Of a stretch of 64,000 nt of DNA, positions 1 to 8,799 are shown in pieces (the first letter of the stretch is position 1; every line of letters begins with the position of its first letter). The stretch lies in the IMG/VR virus record IMGVR_UViG_3300030060_007200; one strand, given 5' to 3'. The notes below the pieces were generated by a model, which worked only from the letters and a program-made list of their open reading frames with translations, was not told the DNA's origin and did no database searches. The position numbers and the translations under genes were made by a program. The stretch is from a virus.

Positions 1-166
1 TTTCTATAAACATCATACCTGGTGATGATTCGTTAAAATCGTTATATGTTTCAGGGAAATAAGATTTTGCAAACTTTATTAAATCATTTCTAAAGCCACT
101 AAAATCTTTATTAAGATACTTTATATCCTTTACCTGTCTTTTATCTAAATTACAATCATTTGCCAT
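1..166 (-). CDS. Baseplate wedge subunit (T4 gp6-like), N-terminal part; runs off the window
   Basis: Manual translation from ATG at 166 gives MANDCNLDKRQVKDIKYLNKDFSGFRNDLIKFAKSYFPETYNDFNESSPGMMFIE, a typical gp6-like N-terminus; start overlaps the gp25 stop. Confidence 0.85.
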   Translation of the reverse strand, partial: MANDCNLDKRQVKDIKYLNKDFSGFRNDLIKFAKSYFPETYNDFNESSPGMMFIE

Positions 167-690
167 TATAAGTCACCTATTTCTAATGCAATTGTTTGAG
201 TGTCCATAGCATTACCTTTGAACATCGACCAATCTATTTTTATATTCATTCTGTTACCATTTGTAGGAGGTTGTTCTACATTAACAGACTTTAGGTCTAC
301 ATAAGGAAGCCATATAGCTACCTGCTCCTTAATCAATTCTTCTAAACCTTCTCTTAAATCTGGTGTATTATTTTCAAAAAGAGATTTCCATACATCGCAA
401 CCAAATTGAGGATGCATAGGTCTTTCACCTCTGTTTGTAAGTACAAGATTTATTAGATTAGATTTTGTTTGCTCTACTGTTGTATAAGATTGTTGAAAAT
501 CACCTCCATCTTTACCTTTACTACTTTCGTTTCTAGGTATTACAGCCGTGTTACTTCCAGAAGGTGCCAATATTTCATAGCTATATCTTCTTTCAGCACT
601 TGCATTATTTGTAAGAGGTAGTGTTAAACCTATTGCTACATCTCTTTCAAAATCAAGCGGGTTGTATTTATATTGAGGTCTTTTTCTCAT
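166..690 (-). CDS. Baseplate wedge protein, gp25/GPW family
   Basis: QTKSNLINLVLTNRGERPMHPQFGC...LFE...WLPYV matches the gp25 signature. Confidence 0.9.
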   Translation of the reverse strand: MRKRPQYKYNPLDFERDVAIGLTLPLTNNASAERRYSYEILAPSGSNTAVIPRNESSKGKDGGDFQQSYTTVEQTKSNLINLVLTNRGERPMHPQFGCDVWKSLFENNTPDLREGLEELIKEQVAIWLPYVDLKSVNVEQPPTNGNRMNIKIDWSMFKGNAMDTQTIALEIGDL

Positions 691-1082
691 TACTTAAATC
701 TTTTTACTAACTCTGAATAATCTCTTGTTAATGCTTTATCTAAACCATCACCTAAATTAGATACGTCTACAGGTCTGTTGTTTATATCTGTCATTTGAGT
801 TGCAGGACTTGCATTACCTTGCATTGCCATAAATTGACTTCTCATGTCACTCTTAAAATTACCCATTGTAGGATAATCTTCAAATTCACCTATTGATGTA
901 TCGTTTAATACCTCGTTTAGCATAGGGTTGTTAGTGTAATTTTTTGTAACCTTTTTTGCTTTTGTTTTTGATACCTGCTTCTCCATCACATTCATCGCCT
1001 CATTAAGCTCTCGCTTAACTTGACTTTTTATTTCAATTTTTACAACCTCTCGAATAAGTTTTACCAATTCTTTTTTTGTCAT
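690..1082 (-). CDS. Hypothetical late protein
   Basis: Probable start MTKKELVKLIRE at 1082, preceded by AAGGAG and a TATTTATA motif. Confidence 0.6.
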   Translation of the reverse strand: MTKKELVKLIREVVKIEIKSQVKRELNEAMNVMEKQVSKTKAKKVTKNYTNNPMLNEVLNDTSIGEFEDYPTMGNFKSDMRSQFMAMQGNASPATQMTDINNRPVDVSNLGDGLDKALTRDYSELVKRFK

Positions 1083-1128
1083 GTGTACACTCCTTAGCTT
1101 TATATATAAATATCTTAAAGAATTGTTT

Positions 1129-1611
1129 TTACACCCAAGGACCGGTTGCACCGTTAGATGTTTGTGTCCAAGTACCTTGTTGTAACCAGTTTGCTATTAC
1201 CTGTCCACAATTCATAGCCCATTGTGTATGAGGCAAACCACCCATTCCTGATGGGAATGTATTTTCTATAGGGCATTGAGTTGGTGGTATTGCTGCAAAT
1301 GCAGGTAAACAACCTGGTGCGTATGTAGCATAGAATGCGTCTATACCTGCCTTTATTATATTACCTTGTGTATCGGCAACATGACTTGTTCCGGATATTA
1401 CACCAAACGCTGCTGCTTCTGCAGCTGCTATTGTTGCTGATGGTGGAAATATAGAAGGCGACGCAAGTTTTAGAGATTCTGCCCAAGCTTTTGCAGTTCC
1501 TGGTGAAGCCACACCTGATACGTCTCCAGCTGGAGGACCTTGAAACAAAGGTGATTCGGCATCAAAATATTTTGCCATGTTGTTTGCAAATATCGGCACT
1601 AAAAAAGGCAT
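1129..1611 (-). CDS. Ala/Pro-rich protein, probably baseplate-associated
   Basis: Abuts the spike gene; function inferred from synteny only. Confidence 0.45.
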   Translation of the reverse strand: MPFLVPIFANNMAKYFDAESPLFQGPPAGDVSGVASPGTAKAWAESLKLASPSIFPPSATIAAAEAAAFGVISGTSHVADTQGNIIKAGIDAFYATYAPGCLPAFAAIPPTQCPIENTFPSGMGGLPHTQWAMNCGQVIANWLQQGTWTQTSNGATGPWV

Positions 1612-2651
1612 TATTGTTTCATCAGCTCCATTTGTCCTTTAAGTAATGTGTATATCGGTGCTTGAACTGGAGGTCCTGATAGACCACATGATGTTGGATG
1701 CGTTTCCTGAGCCAGCTGTGTTAACATTTCCAAAACAATATCTGCAAGTGCACTAACATTTAATTTCCAGGTTGCAGTAGAAAGACCTATTTCTTTTTTC
1801 GCTGAAAGTATTATATTTTCATTTTTTGCATTAAATATAAGTCTGTCTGAATTTATTATTACCTGAGATTTTCCCATATATGCATTTATTGGTAACATAG
1901 GTATTGCAGGTCCTGTAGGTACTGGTACTGTTTGAGCTGCAGGTGCGTTTGCAGGCTTTAGGTCTATTTTTTGTTTACTTGTTAATAGTACTGTAGAGTC
2001 ATTGTCGTTAACATCTTCTATATGAGTATCACCTGTGTCAGCATGTCCATTTGTTATATACATTATAGGGTCACCATCAGCAGAACCTATTGACCATGTA
2101 TTACCAGGCTTACCTAAAAGCTGAGTAGAGCCTAGTCTTATACTATTATCAAACCTACCTTGTATTATTGTATCACCTTCATAATGCTGTACAGGCTTTA
2201 TATCTTTTTCTGGAAATGTTTCACCTAATACATCATTGGTAAATTCAGTATTGTTAAACGCCATATTAGGTACCGCGTTGACATTTGTGTCACCAAACAT
2301 CTGTATAGTATCAACCCAATAAAATTGAGTCTGTCCAGGTCTTATCTGACCACCTAATGAAGGACCTCTTACCAAAAGTACAATCTCTCCTTTAAGAGGA
2401 TATGAAGCTATATTTTTATTTAGAGGCGGAATCCAAGCACCTATCTCTTCCAAATTTTGTGTAGGTCTTTGTCTGTCTTCTCCCAAAAACTTAACCTTAA
2501 CATATCCTATTTCAGCACCTCCAAATTCCGAGTAAAGCCATTCGTGAGAATCGTTCATTACAACATCTACAACCTCACCTGCTGATACAAGAGTGTTTGC
2601 ATTAGAATCATTATTTGTAAAACTTGCTGCTCTTCCTTTATTTCCAAACAT
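1611..2651 (-). CDS. Baseplate hub/central spike (gp5/gpV-like)
   Basis: OB-fold-like N-terminus (GEVVDV...YPLKGEIV), GDTIIQGRFDNSIRLGS, C-terminal HPTSCGLSGPP spike-tip motif; upstream of gp25 and gp6. Confidence 0.7.
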   Translation of the reverse strand: MFGNKGRAASFTNNDSNANTLVSAGEVVDVVMNDSHEWLYSEFGGAEIGYVKVKFLGEDRQRPTQNLEEIGAWIPPLNKNIASYPLKGEIVLLVRGPSLGGQIRPGQTQFYWVDTIQMFGDTNVNAVPNMAFNNTEFTNDVLGETFPEKDIKPVQHYEGDTIIQGRFDNSIRLGSTQLLGKPGNTWSIGSADGDPIMYITNGHADTGDTHIEDVNDNDSTVLLTSKQKIDLKPANAPAAQTVPVPTGPAIPMLPINAYMGKSQVIINSDRLIFNAKNENIILSAKKEIGLSTATWKLNVSALADIVLEMLTQLAQETHPTSCGLSGPPVQAPIYTLLKGQMELMKQ

Positions 2652-2989
2652 TATTTATTGTCCTCTAAATCTTGTACAGAATCTAATAACTGTCTTTTTT
2701 CCGCCTCAGTTAATAAACCTTCTGTGTTATTACCAGTATCTCTTGTCATTGCTCTTTGTACAATTGCTGCCATTTTAATTAAATGCTCATCATTTTTTAC
2801 ACTGACTTCTAAATATTCTTTTATTATAGGTACAAGTATTGTTGCGTCTCCCATGTTTTTAATCATAGGCTGTAATTGTAATATAAGGTCATTTATCTGC
2901 TTTTCTTTTTTAGCAGAATTGTCGTATATATCTTTCAGTAAACCTTCAAAAGATTTACCTTCAAATATTTCGTCTTCGTTTATTGCCAT
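2651..2989 (-). CDS. Conserved hypothetical phage protein
   Basis: 112 aa ORF with TAGGAG SD and a TATTTATA motif upstream. Confidence 0.6.
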   Translation of the reverse strand: MAINEDEIFEGKSFEGLLKDIYDNSAKKEKQINDLILQLQPMIKNMGDATILVPIIKEYLEVSVKNDEHLIKMAAIVQRAMTRDTGNNTEGLLTEAEKRQLLDSVQDLEDNK

Positions 2990-3020
2990 GCTAACACTCC
3001 TATTTATATATAAATATACA

Positions 3021-3052
3021 AAAGAAAAAACCTGGAGCTTTCACCCCAGGCT
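3021..3052 (-). terminator. Rho-independent terminator
   Basis: Minus strand CCTGGGGT-GAAA-GCTCCAGG hairpin followed by TTTTTTCTTTT, downstream of the 3079 gene. Confidence 0.8.
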
Positions 3053-3078
3053 TCTTATTATATAACAATTGTAATTAC

Positions 3079-3303
3079 TTACTTCTTAATAAAGAATGAC
3101 ATCACAACTACTAATACTATCAATCCTACAAATCCACCATTACCTAGTGAATTTACAAGTGCAGTTAAATTAGCAATTACGTCCATTCCAAATACAGTAC
3201 CGCCAGTTAAGACAGTCCATAGGATTGTTACAGGAAGAACTGCCATCATGATTGATAGAAGTCCACCGAAAAATCCATTTACGTATTTGATTGCTGAATC
3301 CAT
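3079..3303 (-). CDS. Small inner-membrane protein
   Basis: Probable start MDSAIKYV after AAGGAGAG; almost entirely hydrophobic helices. Confidence 0.7.
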   Translation of the reverse strand: MDSAIKYVNGFFGGLLSIMMAVLPVTILWTVLTGGTVFGMDVIANLTALVNSLGNGGFVGLIVLVVVMSFFIKK

Positions 3304-3375
3304 AATTCTCTCCTTGTTTTTAATTTTGTTTTGTGGCATTATTGCCAGCGCGCATTTTTGTTAATTTCTAGTTAA

Positions 3376-3786
3376 TTAAAATTTAAGACCAAATCCTAAA
3401 GTAAGATTTGTAGTCTTAAGACCTGTATTGTATACAACTTTAGGGTCAACATAAATACCCTTATGAATTGTAAATAATTTACCTGCACCGATTGCCATAT
3501 TATCAGTACTTAAACCATCAGTCGCTACGTAAGCGAAATATCCTTTCCAGAAATATCTTGCATGAAAGTCTAACTCCATGTCAACTGTTGAGTCTGCTTG
3601 AGCAACTGAACAACCTATCATTAGATTTTCGGTTACACCATACCCTACAGTAGGGCTAACTGACCATTCAGTCCAAGCAACGTTTGCAACATCACCAGTA
3701 CCTACGTACCAGTCACCTTTGTTTTGCGCTTGAGATGCGAAAGCAAATCCACATACTAAAGCGATTGTTAAAATTAAATTTTTCAT
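3376..3786 (-). CDS. Small outer-membrane beta-barrel protein (Bacteroidota type)
   Basis: Signal peptide ending ASQA-Q, KGDWYVG start, amphipathic beta strands, C-terminal LGFGLKF barrel signature. Confidence 0.75.
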   Translation of the reverse strand: MKNLILTIALVCGFAFASQAQNKGDWYVGTGDVANVAWTEWSVSPTVGYGVTENLMIGCSVAQADSTVDMELDFHARYFWKGYFAYVATDGLSTDNMAIGAGKLFTIHKGIYVDPKVVYNTGLKTTNLTLGFGLKF

Positions 3787-3825
3787 ATTAAATTCTCCTT
3801 CTTGTTTTGGTTAGCTGCGCGCTAT

Positions 3826-4596
3826 TTAATTACGAGATATACTCTCATAAATTTTGTACTTCTCTTTGAAGTCACGTTTTATTACATTTACAACTCGAGA
3901 TATATCCTGTGTCTTTTCATTTGTCATTTCTCGAATTAAAACGTATAAAGCCTTTTTATTATATTTTTCTATATTATCTCTACGTCTAAATAATTCCAAT
4001 ACTGCATAAGCTATTTTCTTATCTGCATCTTTATTAAATTTTTCATCTACGCTATTATCATATTTTTCAACAAATAAATCTGTAAAATCTTTTAGCGATT
4101 CTTTTCTTGCAGCTTGGTGTTCTTCATTTGTAACATCTCTTTGCCTGTCGACTGCTAGTAAATTGTCTTTTGATTTTAGTAATTTATATGCTTTGTTATT
4201 TGTTTGTATACAATAGTTTTTTGCTACAATACTAAAATATGAAAATGCTCTACCTTTATCCTCTGTGTATTTTGGAAGTTTTTGTAATAAAAATCCTATT
4301 ACCTCATATTGCTTATCCTCTGTTGTACCATTCATATAAGGAAACTTAAATCTGTTAATTATATTTTGTGATAATTTCCATATAGGATAATGTATGTGTT
4401 CAGAATAAACCTTGTTTCGTTTATGCTGGCTTTTTTCAGCATTGTAAGCTACAATAGCTTTTTCTGTAACAGGTGTAAAATACATTTTGTTTTTTCTTTT
4501 TCTACCTCTCTTACTCTTGCTGTTCATGTACTCAAGAAAATCCTGCTCATATTTTTCAGCGTTTTCGTAAAATATATCTACAGGACTCTTACTCAT
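3826..4596 (-). CDS. Putative late sigma factor (T4 gp55-like)
   Basis: MYFT...AIVAYN and KYTEDKGRAFSYFSIVAKNY resemble the gp55/sigma region-2 (A/P)F(A/S)YF motif. Confidence 0.6.
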   Translation of the reverse strand: MSKSPVDIFYENAEKYEQDFLEYMNSKSKRGRKRKNKMYFTPVTEKAIVAYNAEKSQHKRNKVYSEHIHYPIWKLSQNIINRFKFPYMNGTTEDKQYEVIGFLLQKLPKYTEDKGRAFSYFSIVAKNYCIQTNNKAYKLLKSKDNLLAVDRQRDVTNEEHQAARKESLKDFTDLFVEKYDNSVDEKFNKDADKKIAYAVLELFRRRDNIEKYNKKALYVLIREMTNEKTQDISRVVNVIKRDFKEKYKIYESISRN

Positions 4597-4867
4597 CTTT
4601 TTTCTCCAAATCATTTTTAAGGTCTTCAATAATTCCTTTTAGTTGACTGAATACTTGTCCTATCTCATCGTCAGATTCAAATCCGCCTTTTTGGTCTGCT
4701 GACTTCATTTGCGTATACGCATCATCAAATCTTTTATATAAATTTATTATTATATCTTCTTGCTCTAATACAATGTCCTCTAACTTATCATGCTTTCTTA
4801 GCATGTTAACAATAATATAAGTAGATATTAAAATAACAGGTAGTGTTGTATATAATATCCATTCCAT
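4589..4867 (-). CDS. Membrane-anchored coiled-coil hypothetical protein
   Basis: N-terminal TM helix followed by coiled coil. Confidence 0.55.
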   Translation of the reverse strand: MEWILYTTLPVILISTYIIVNMLRKHDKLEDIVLEQEDIIINLYKRFDDAYTQMKSADQKGGFESDDEIGQVFSQLKGIIEDLKNDLEKKDE

Positions 4868-5622
4868 TATTTAGCCTCTCCAAATAATCCTGAAAATATA
4901 TCATCAACTGATTTATTTGCTGTTGCTGTATCTAAAGATTTTTTCTTGTATGTTTTCTTTGCAGCCTTTTTAACTTCGCCTTCTACCTTGTTAATCTCAC
5001 CTTCTATTTTAGAAGCCATTAAATCTGCTTGATGTAATACCAAAGGCATATTTGTTTTGAAATTTCTATCTGAATTATAGTGTTTGAAGTATTGTGTGTT
5101 TGCGTCATCATATAAACCGTCGTGAACCATAATAGTTATCATTTCGTTTTCAGAAAACTCAATACCAAATTTTTGTAGCAACCATAAACTTCTATGTTGT
5201 ACTGGCATCCAGTTTAGTTCTGAATTTAGATTCCAAAGTGAGCCTTGATTTTTTCTATGCCATTCGCTTGGGTTAGGTACATATAAGTCTTTTTCTAAAT
5301 CACCGTACTTACCTAAGTCGTGATTAAGTGCACAAAACATTAATTCTTCTAATGTATAACCTTCCATACTTGAGCCCATGTGTTTCCAAAGGTCATATGT
5401 ATGCTTTGCTGCTTTACAAACTCTAATTACATGTTCTACATATCCACCTACAAATGCGTTGTGGTAGTTTATGTTACCTGATGCAGGTGTAAACATCATT
5501 CTTTCTTGGAATGACTTATACATAGTTACAAGTTTTTCTTTTCTTTCACCATCAAAATTTTCCTCGATAATATCCATCAAGGAATTCCAGTTTTGTAGTA
5601 ATTGTTCTTCTGTTAAATTCAT
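4867..5622 (-). CDS. HD-domain phosphohydrolase
   Basis: H..GGYVEH, LNHDLGK, HDG and LHQAD motifs. Confidence 0.85.
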   Translation of the reverse strand: MNLTEEQLLQNWNSLMDIIEENFDGERKEKLVTMYKSFQERMMFTPASGNINYHNAFVGGYVEHVIRVCKAAKHTYDLWKHMGSSMEGYTLEELMFCALNHDLGKYGDLEKDLYVPNPSEWHRKNQGSLWNLNSELNWMPVQHRSLWLLQKFGIEFSENEMITIMVHDGLYDDANTQYFKHYNSDRNFKTNMPLVLHQADLMASKIEGEINKVEGEVKKAAKKTYKKKSLDTATANKSVDDIFSGLFGEAK

Positions 5623-6143
5623 GAATTCTCCTCCATTTTGTTTTTAACTCTACTCCAATAATTAACTGTTTGTGGTTTTGCCAATCCTCTTGGTCCACCA
5701 TTCCAGCATCGAGCTATGTGCTCCGGAGTGTTGAGGTTATAGTGATTACAATATATTTTTAACATCTCTATGGATTTTGTACGACTCCATCTATCGTTGT
5801 ATGTATATATTTTATTTTTTAATATTCTGTTAACATCGTCTACCATAGTCTTTCTTATTTGTAAACAACCAACAGCGTCTTCGCTTGCATTATATGCGGA
5901 ATCGTTACCAGAGCTTTCAACAAAAATAAGAGCAGATATCATATTTGTTTCCATATCTACAAAATCATATATTTCCAATCTATTATTTAGAGTGTCTATT
6001 TCTTTATATAAACTATCTATAATATTTTCATACGATTCTAACTCTTTATGCATTTGCTTAATCTGGTTTTCTGAATCAAGCTGCATCATAAGTAACAATG
6101 CCATTGCCGAAACAATGAACAATACATATAATATATTTTTCAT
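5619..6143 (-). CDS. Membrane-anchored lysozyme-like muramidase (i-type/destabilase or SLT-like)
   Basis: N-terminal TM/signal, coiled coil, VES..GCLQI and ARCWNGGPRG motifs. Confidence 0.7.
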   Translation of the reverse strand: MKNILYVLFIVSAMALLLMMQLDSENQIKQMHKELESYENIIDSLYKEIDTLNNRLEIYDFVDMETNMISALIFVESSGNDSAYNASEDAVGCLQIRKTMVDDVNRILKNKIYTYNDRWSRTKSIEMLKIYCNHYNLNTPEHIARCWNGGPRGLAKPQTVNYWSRVKNKMEENS

Positions 6144-6144
6144 A

Positions 6145-6363
6145 TTAGTCAAATAAAATTTTTAATTGTGCAGGGTCTCCGGTTTTTGTGTCTTTACCGA
6201 AATGCTCTTCGACTTGGTTGTTAGAATATCCTAACGCTTGAGCCATACGCTTGCAGGTTCTCTTAAATTCTTCAATAGTTAAATTGTTATTTACTTTGAA
6301 TTCTATAATCTGTGGTTCTTTAGATATCAATGTGCGATGATATGTTAATTTATCTAATGCCAT
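6145..6363 (-). CDS. Hypothetical protein
   Basis: ORF directly downstream of the repeated promoter at ~6390. Confidence 0.55.
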   Translation of the reverse strand: MALDKLTYHRTLISKEPQIIEFKVNNNLTIEEFKRTCKRMAQALGYSNNQVEEHFGKDTKTGDPAQLKILFD

Positions 6364-6427
6364 TCATTTACTCCAATAGTTTTTATTATATACTAATATA
6401 ACAAATTTTTATGAATTATGAAAACAA

Positions 6428-6931
6428 TTAGCTGAATAATTTTGTAACTAGTGATTCTGTAAATTTACCGTTTATTATTTTTGTGTAGTTTTTAATTTTT
6501 CTTGTAACTTCCTTCTTGTCTTTTTTCCAACGAAGGCCTTTTAGTTCTTTTTTAAGGTTTGCTATTTGCAAAGCCGCTTTATCTTTATATTCTTGTTTTT
6601 CTTTCTTAGAAAGTCTTTTCTTCTTTTCAATTTTTGTTGGTTGTAGAGTACCTTTCAGCTTAGGTTGTTCTACTCCTTTATGGTATACATTACCATTCCT
6701 ATCAACAAATTCTTTCATAAAGTGCCAGCCTGATGGTTTACCTGTATTACCTCTAACATTTATTACAGGCGGCTCGGTCATTTCCATTACGCATTCGTGA
6801 CATACAGTAGATGTTGTATCTTCTGAAACAGGTGAAAACTGTCCACATATTTTACATTCCATGTATTTATACAATCTATCTGGATTCTGATTCCATTTAT
6901 GTCCTTTTCTATATTCTATTGCGTATTCCAT
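6428..6931 (-). CDS. Zn-finger, basic hypothetical protein
   Basis: CKIC...CHEC and a Lys-rich C-terminus. Confidence 0.55.
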   Translation of the reverse strand: MEYAIEYRKGHKWNQNPDRLYKYMECKICGQFSPVSEDTTSTVCHECVMEMTEPPVINVRGNTGKPSGWHFMKEFVDRNGNVYHKGVEQPKLKGTLQPTKIEKKKRLSKKEKQEYKDKAALQIANLKKELKGLRWKKDKKEVTRKIKNYTKIINGKFTESLVTKLFS

Positions 6932-6935
6932 ATTC

Positions 6936-7916
6936 TTATTTTTTACCTTTTACTTTATTTCTTATATTATTAAGTATACCGCTTACAGAGTTTATTTTAT
7001 CCTCAAAGTCCTTAATTTTACGTAAACCATTGGCTACCTCACCATTAAGTGTTTCAACTTTTTCTAAGCGATTCATTCCAGACATGTCCAAACCTAAATC
7101 TTCCATCTCGTCTTTAGTTGTTATTCTACTAAATGCAAAGTTTGCTGTTACAACTAATGCTATTGCTAATGGGTCAAATACAAAAACTATTAAAAGTAAA
7201 AACCAATTAACAACCTTATCCATAGTTGCGCCTGTCATGTCTGATAAATATTTTAGAGGACCTAGCTCTCTTTGTTCTTCATTGCCTATTTCCAATTTTA
7301 ATAAATCAGTATCTAATTTCATTATAGAATCTTGTACAGCTTCTAATTTTAGATTTATATTATTTCTATCATCGATTGTTGTATTTAATTCTGACTGCAA
7401 AGCTTTTCTAGCAGATGATGAAGTGGTTGTTATTAACTGGCCAGATTCTCTATCAACATATTGTACCTGTGCTGGATTTGATAGTGAAACCCTTAATTCT
7501 TTTATAGTATTATTTAATTGAGTTTTTTCTATTATTAGGTCGTTTTTATTATCCTCAAATCTATCCTGCTTTACTTGTAATACTGCCAATGACTTGTCTA
7601 AAAACTCAGACTTTGTTGCAGTCTCTTGATATGCTCCTGATAAAAATCCGTATATACCACCTGATGTAATTACCATTAAAACAAATACTGCAATTGATAA
7701 ATATATTTTTAGAGCCTTGCTTATTTCTTTCCAGTATTGGTAAAGCAGGGATGCGGTGACTAACTTTGCAAACTCTAAACTACCAGCCATTATTATTACC
7801 TGGGTACTTGCGCCTGCAAACAGTTTGCTCAAACCAAATACAGAATAAAATGCTGCTGACGCTGAAACTGACAATGCACTAAACGCTATTAAATAAGGAA
7901 GGATTTTTGTTTTCAT
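6936..7916 (-). CDS. Multi-pass membrane protein with a long coiled coil
   Basis: Three N-terminal TM helices, coiled coil, ELGPLKY...VFDPLAIAL TM segment. Confidence 0.7.
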   Translation of the reverse strand: MKTKILPYLIAFSALSVSASAAFYSVFGLSKLFAGASTQVIIMAGSLEFAKLVTASLLYQYWKEISKALKIYLSIAVFVLMVITSGGIYGFLSGAYQETATKSEFLDKSLAVLQVKQDRFEDNKNDLIIEKTQLNNTIKELRVSLSNPAQVQYVDRESGQLITTTSSSARKALQSELNTTIDDRNNINLKLEAVQDSIMKLDTDLLKLEIGNEEQRELGPLKYLSDMTGATMDKVVNWFLLLIVFVFDPLAIALVVTANFAFSRITTKDEMEDLGLDMSGMNRLEKVETLNGEVANGLRKIKDFEDKINSVSGILNNIRNKVKGKK

Positions 7917-8782
7917 GATTTGCTTGGTGGTTGGTTAGAACTATATACCAATGTATATATTACCTTGCCATCTAAATCTTCTTTGATTCTTATTTCAGAA
8001 TCCACAATTCCTAGTTTTTCTATAATTGTTTGAAGCCTAGATATTTTTTCAGAATCATAATTGCTTATACAAATATATTCACCAATAATTGTTACAACCA
8101 TATTGTTGTAGTCATATCTTTTTTCGAATAAATTATATACCTCTTCATCTAAAACAGGTACTAAAGGTAAATCATGTATAAGTCTTTCTGAATAATATTT
8201 TTGATTTTTTATGTCTAAATTTTCAAACCACTTTTTGAATGATGTATAATCACCTTCAAAAATATTTTTGTCATTGTCTTTCATTAACGACCACATCTCT
8301 ACAGTTGTTAATGCCTCGGGTATATATTTTTTATCTTTACCCATTTTCCAAGTACCATCTTTATTCGATTCGAAGTTTGTTCTATATTGCTTAAATAAAT
8401 TTATTAAATTATCTATAGAATTCAACCCCTGTCTATTTGTATCTTTTATTTTAGGTGGCACATAATCTGAGTATGTATTGTCTAACGTTATTTCCTTAAT
8501 AAGTTTTGTTAAACCTTTTTTACCAGAATCTAATAAATTTTTTAGTTCCTGGCATTTTTCGTATTCTTCTGTTTCAATAAAATAATCTATGATGTCATTT
8601 AGAATATCAGTAAGTTCTTTTACATCTAGACTAAATGGGTCGTATAATATATAATGCGTTTCATTACCTGCTACGGCGAAGTTATCGATTTTTGATTTAC
8701 CGGTAACTAACCTATAGGTATTTAGAAATGCTACATCCAAACCTTCAGTGTTTAATTCTTGTGATTCATACGATTCCATCAT
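7913..8782 (-). CDS. Hypothetical protein with a UvrB/UvrC-like coiled-coil motif
   Basis: IDYFIETEEYEKCQELKN. Confidence 0.5.
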   Translation of the reverse strand: MMESYESQELNTEGLDVAFLNTYRLVTGKSKIDNFAVAGNETHYILYDPFSLDVKELTDILNDIIDYFIETEEYEKCQELKNLLDSGKKGLTKLIKEITLDNTYSDYVPPKIKDTNRQGLNSIDNLINLFKQYRTNFESNKDGTWKMGKDKKYIPEALTTVEMWSLMKDNDKNIFEGDYTSFKKWFENLDIKNQKYYSERLIHDLPLVPVLDEEVYNLFEKRYDYNNMVVTIIGEYICISNYDSEKISRLQTIIEKLGIVDSEIRIKEDLDGKVIYTLVYSSNQPPSKS

Positions 8783-8799
8783 ACTCCAATTATTTATTT

